Below, piece by piece: positions 60,721 through 64,000 of a DNA stretch of 64,000 bases. The translations under genes and the position numbers were made by a program. The notes beneath the pieces were generated by a model. It was not told where the DNA came from. It made no database searches and saw only the letters and a list, made by a program, of their open reading frames with translations. Positions within the stretch are counted from its first letter, which is position 1, and every line of letters starts with the position of its first letter. The DNA comes from Marsupella aquatica (lineage: Eukaryota > Plantae > Marchantiophyta): positions 31,193,112-31,257,111 of the forward strand of contig OZ316891.1 in assembly GCA_973895155.1 (NCBI GenBank), read 5' to 3'.

Positions 60721-62789
60721 CTTAGTTTCACCACTCACAAATATCTTACTTTGGTATCTGTTCTGATCATAAGTAGGTGTTGATTTAACTTGAAGTAGAT
60801 CCAATATTCAAAGTTTTGCTGAATTATGTTTTCGTTGCAAAACTGCAGAATTAACTACTCCAAGTAAAAAAATGTTATGTGAGAGAGTCCGTGATCAAGA
60901 ATGAAAATGTACAGTATTTGATGAAATCCCATCCTCTCTGAATTTCTGTTCCTATACCCACAGTCGAACCATCAAATGTGAGCTGCTAGAATTGGAATAC
61001 TTCGCTCATAGCCAAGTTTCATTGAAAGAATGTGAAAACATTCACTTTGAGTCTTACTGTATCAAATACTTGCCACCAATTGCGAAAAGACTGGCGTGAT
61101 TGACGAGAAAATCAGAGGAACCATGATTGCCGATGAGTCCACTGTTTTGTACAAGCCAGAGATAGAAGGTTACGCTCCATAAAACATGAGCAATTAGTTT
61201 CCTAGACCTCCCTCATACTGTGGAAGGACTTGGCCAGTGCCGTGCAGCTGATGGGCCGTGTCGGAAGGGACATTGAGATCAAGTTCTTGGATTCGGACTA
61301 CTGCTCTGGCGGTGCATAAGGGATCTCAAAGAGCTCAGATCCGAGCTGGTATGTGTGTGTGCTAGTAGAGTCTCAAGCAATTACCCAGGTGAAGTGTGGT
61401 AGGCGAGCTAGTTTGATAGTCGGCTGTGAGAAATGGTTCTTGAGTGGTACTCGAACGTAGGTCTCGCTTCGATTAGGCGGGTTTAACGTTGTTTGTAGTG
61501 TTGTGGACTCAGGTTTGCGTTCGAGCTTTGTGACGACTTTGCTGGAAATGCTGCTCATCATGTGGCGAAAGGAGAGCTGATTCTTGTAGCGGGAAATATT
61601 TGGGTTGCAAGAGGCTGAAAGACTATTGTCAAGGTACCATGGTCGTCTTGCCGACTTGATGAAACTCTGTTCTCATGGCTTGAAGACGGTAATTTCAATG
61701 AAATTCTGTTCTCGGATCTTGAAGTCGGTTCTGACGATCCATGGAAATGTGGAAAGGTATTGGGCATGGTGAGCTTACTGTCTGCATGATCAAACGTCGA
61801 TAAGAATCCATGACTTATTATCGACACTATAGACAACAAAGTTGGGCCCAACAAAAGATAAGAATCAATATTACTTATTCTCCACAGAATAGACAACAAC
61901 GTTGGACCGAACAAAAGATGCCGATGGATTTTTTGTCTGTTACCTTTCCGCAGTCCACCTGCATTTGATCGGTCTCATAGCAAATCACTAGGCAGTTTTC
62001 CTTTGGAAGTCGAATGTAGCAGCTCGTGCGAGCAAACAGGAATAGTGTGCCAAGAAACCATTTGCAGTTGTGCCAAGAAACCTCGGAGTCCGTCGCCACC
62101 CAGCAAGTTTTGTGGGTACATGCCAAAACTCATGCCAGAGGAAGCGCACTGGGGCACTTGTACTAAAGCATTCCTCGTCAATAACCTGTGCAGACTGACT
62201 CAAGGTTAGGATTCCACCTAGACAAGCTTAAACATGTCCAGGATTCAACACATAGAAATTCGTTCTTTACCACAAGACAGAAGAAGATCGAACACTTTTG
62301 CCATGTCTAAGGTTTAAATGAACCTGAACTTTGTTTGCTAATTGCAAAATAAGTACGTACGGAAAACCTGAAGAGGTAACGATGGAAATTAGAAGCTTTC
62401 GGAAACCTGAGATCGTGTAATTTCAGTCTTGCCAACCACAAATTTGTGAGAAAAACTAATTTGTGAGAAAAGATTTAACCGACTTAAACGGGGAGAACAT
62501 GCAAAAGACTTCGCCTGAAGTTGAGAAGTGGAAATGACTAATCGAACCATAAAAGCCAATCAATCGAGCTCGTGACACTCACCTCGTGAAACGACTGAGC
62601 TTAACGAGGTGAGTTTCATGAGCTTTACGTCCATACACATTGCACGAGATTTAGGGATGTATAAGCATTGATACTCTCTCTGTCCAATATCCACATTTCT
62701 CGTCTTTTCTTTCAATTGACTCTCACTAGTCCTGTTAATTTTCTCTTCCGATTTGCCCTGGATGGGCAATTTCTCTTTTATTCTAGGCT

Positions 62790-62890
62790 ACATTTCATGG
62801 ATTACCTTCCCTTTTCACTTGGGCAGCTTGACGTTCTACAATATCTAACAATAGACAATTGCAACAGACTATCTCTTCCAGAATCGAGTA
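62790..62890 (+). pseudogene. Isolated plant NLR-type LRR fragment
   Basis: LPFSLGQLDVLQYLTIDNCNRLSLPES fits LPxxLGxLxxLxxLxIxxCxxLxxLPES. Confidence 0.5.
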
Positions 62891-63672
62891 CACGAACCTA
62901 AGGACAAGAAAGACAAGGCGGACAGGGAAAGGAAAGAAGACTAGAACTTTGGAGGGCAAATCGAAACAGCAGCATCCGAGGAAACCTCTGGAATGCAATT
63001 GAATATCGGACACGAAACACAATTTTTTATTTGATTTCAGCAGATTTAATTATACTGCAAAAGAATTAGTACAGAGTGAATCTGTGGGCCGTAGCGGATA
63101 TGCAGACCCACCTTTTGTCAAGCTAACGTTCATTCCCAAGCAAAACTGAAACGGCACAAAACAACTGGAATACAAGGTGGCTCGTTGCTTGTTGACATGG
63201 TTTGAGAAGCCCAAGTGAAACAATCCTTACTTGGGTTATCTATTGCCCATCACAATATTATCATGGACTATTGATACGCTTAATGACAATAGAATCACGG
63301 TAAATCAACAATTTAAGCAAGCTGAGTCAGCTCAGTCAGCTCAGTCAATTGGAAATAGTGGGACAGACACCCCAGGCTTGCTAGTTAGGTCCTGCTTTGC
63401 TGAGGTAGATTATGATGGAGCATAGCACCAACACCAAATCTTAGTGATTGGTTGATTGTTTGATACAACTTACAATTTAGATAGCAAAGATTAACTCCAA
63501 CTGCAAATTTGCCAATTTGAAGGGTTTACTAATGACAAGTCAAGCACAAGATGTTGGGATGCCCATCGGCCATGAGCATAAGTGAGTCCTTAAGATTGTG
63601 AAGCAACTTGTTTGCTTTATTGTAAAAACCACAACACCAGGCTGATGTCAAGCGGAAGACAGACAAATGGTG

Positions 63673-63850
63673 AAAACCGGTGGTGGCATGTGGTTGTGTC
63701 GCAAATGGCCTCTATGCTTGAATTAGGTCACAACTATGTTGTCTACTGAAACTTCTAGGCTAAAACCGGTGGTGGCATGTGGTTGTGTCGCAAATGGCCT
63801 CTATGCTTGAATTAGGTCACAACTATGTTGTCTACTGAAACTTCTAGGCT
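63673..63850. repeat. Exact 89-bp tandem duplication
   Basis: 63673-63761 is identical to 63762-63850. Confidence 0.92.
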
Positions 63851-64000
63851 TCCCGGTGCTCCATGGTGCTTGTCCATAGGATATGCTAACTGTCATTAAA
63901 TGCAAGAAGTGCTGAGAGCTGAAAGGTTGGGCAGGATGTCATCACTAGCCCACTATCTCCTATTGTTGAAACATTCACTTCTCAACTAGAGAGTGAAGGC

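Overview
Nuclear DNA from a land plant (spliceosomal GT-AG introns; probably a non-seed plant such as a bryophyte, which is inference). Host genes: mitochondrial FAD-dependent glycerol-3-phosphate dehydrogenase (SDP6-like, minus), a SETD9/C5orf35-like SET protein, a divergent PLATZ-like protein, a kinesin-light-chain-like TPR protein (minus) and an intronless F-box/Kelch protein. Mobile DNA: a complete 10.6-kb Mutator-like element (19730-30369; 66-bp perfect TIRs, 10-bp TSD) carrying a transposase plus two passenger genes, small MITEs with related termini, pogo/Tc1-like MITEs and several remnants. The most unusual region is 1-7.8 kb. The separate ORFs there splice into one frame-preserved but stop-interrupted giant gene: ParB/Srx-like domain, degenerate DNA-methyltransferase-like domain, charged repeat, Ulp1 protease and three FCP1/HAD domains. 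Five of its seven introns and its 3' flank each carry one intact 20-bp CpG-rich palindrome, TSACGCG-N6-CGCGTBR. This looks like a self-targeting protein plus cis-site system (parS-like or anti-silencing-like) of a probable mobile element. Domain assignments were made by eye from motifs; no searches were run.
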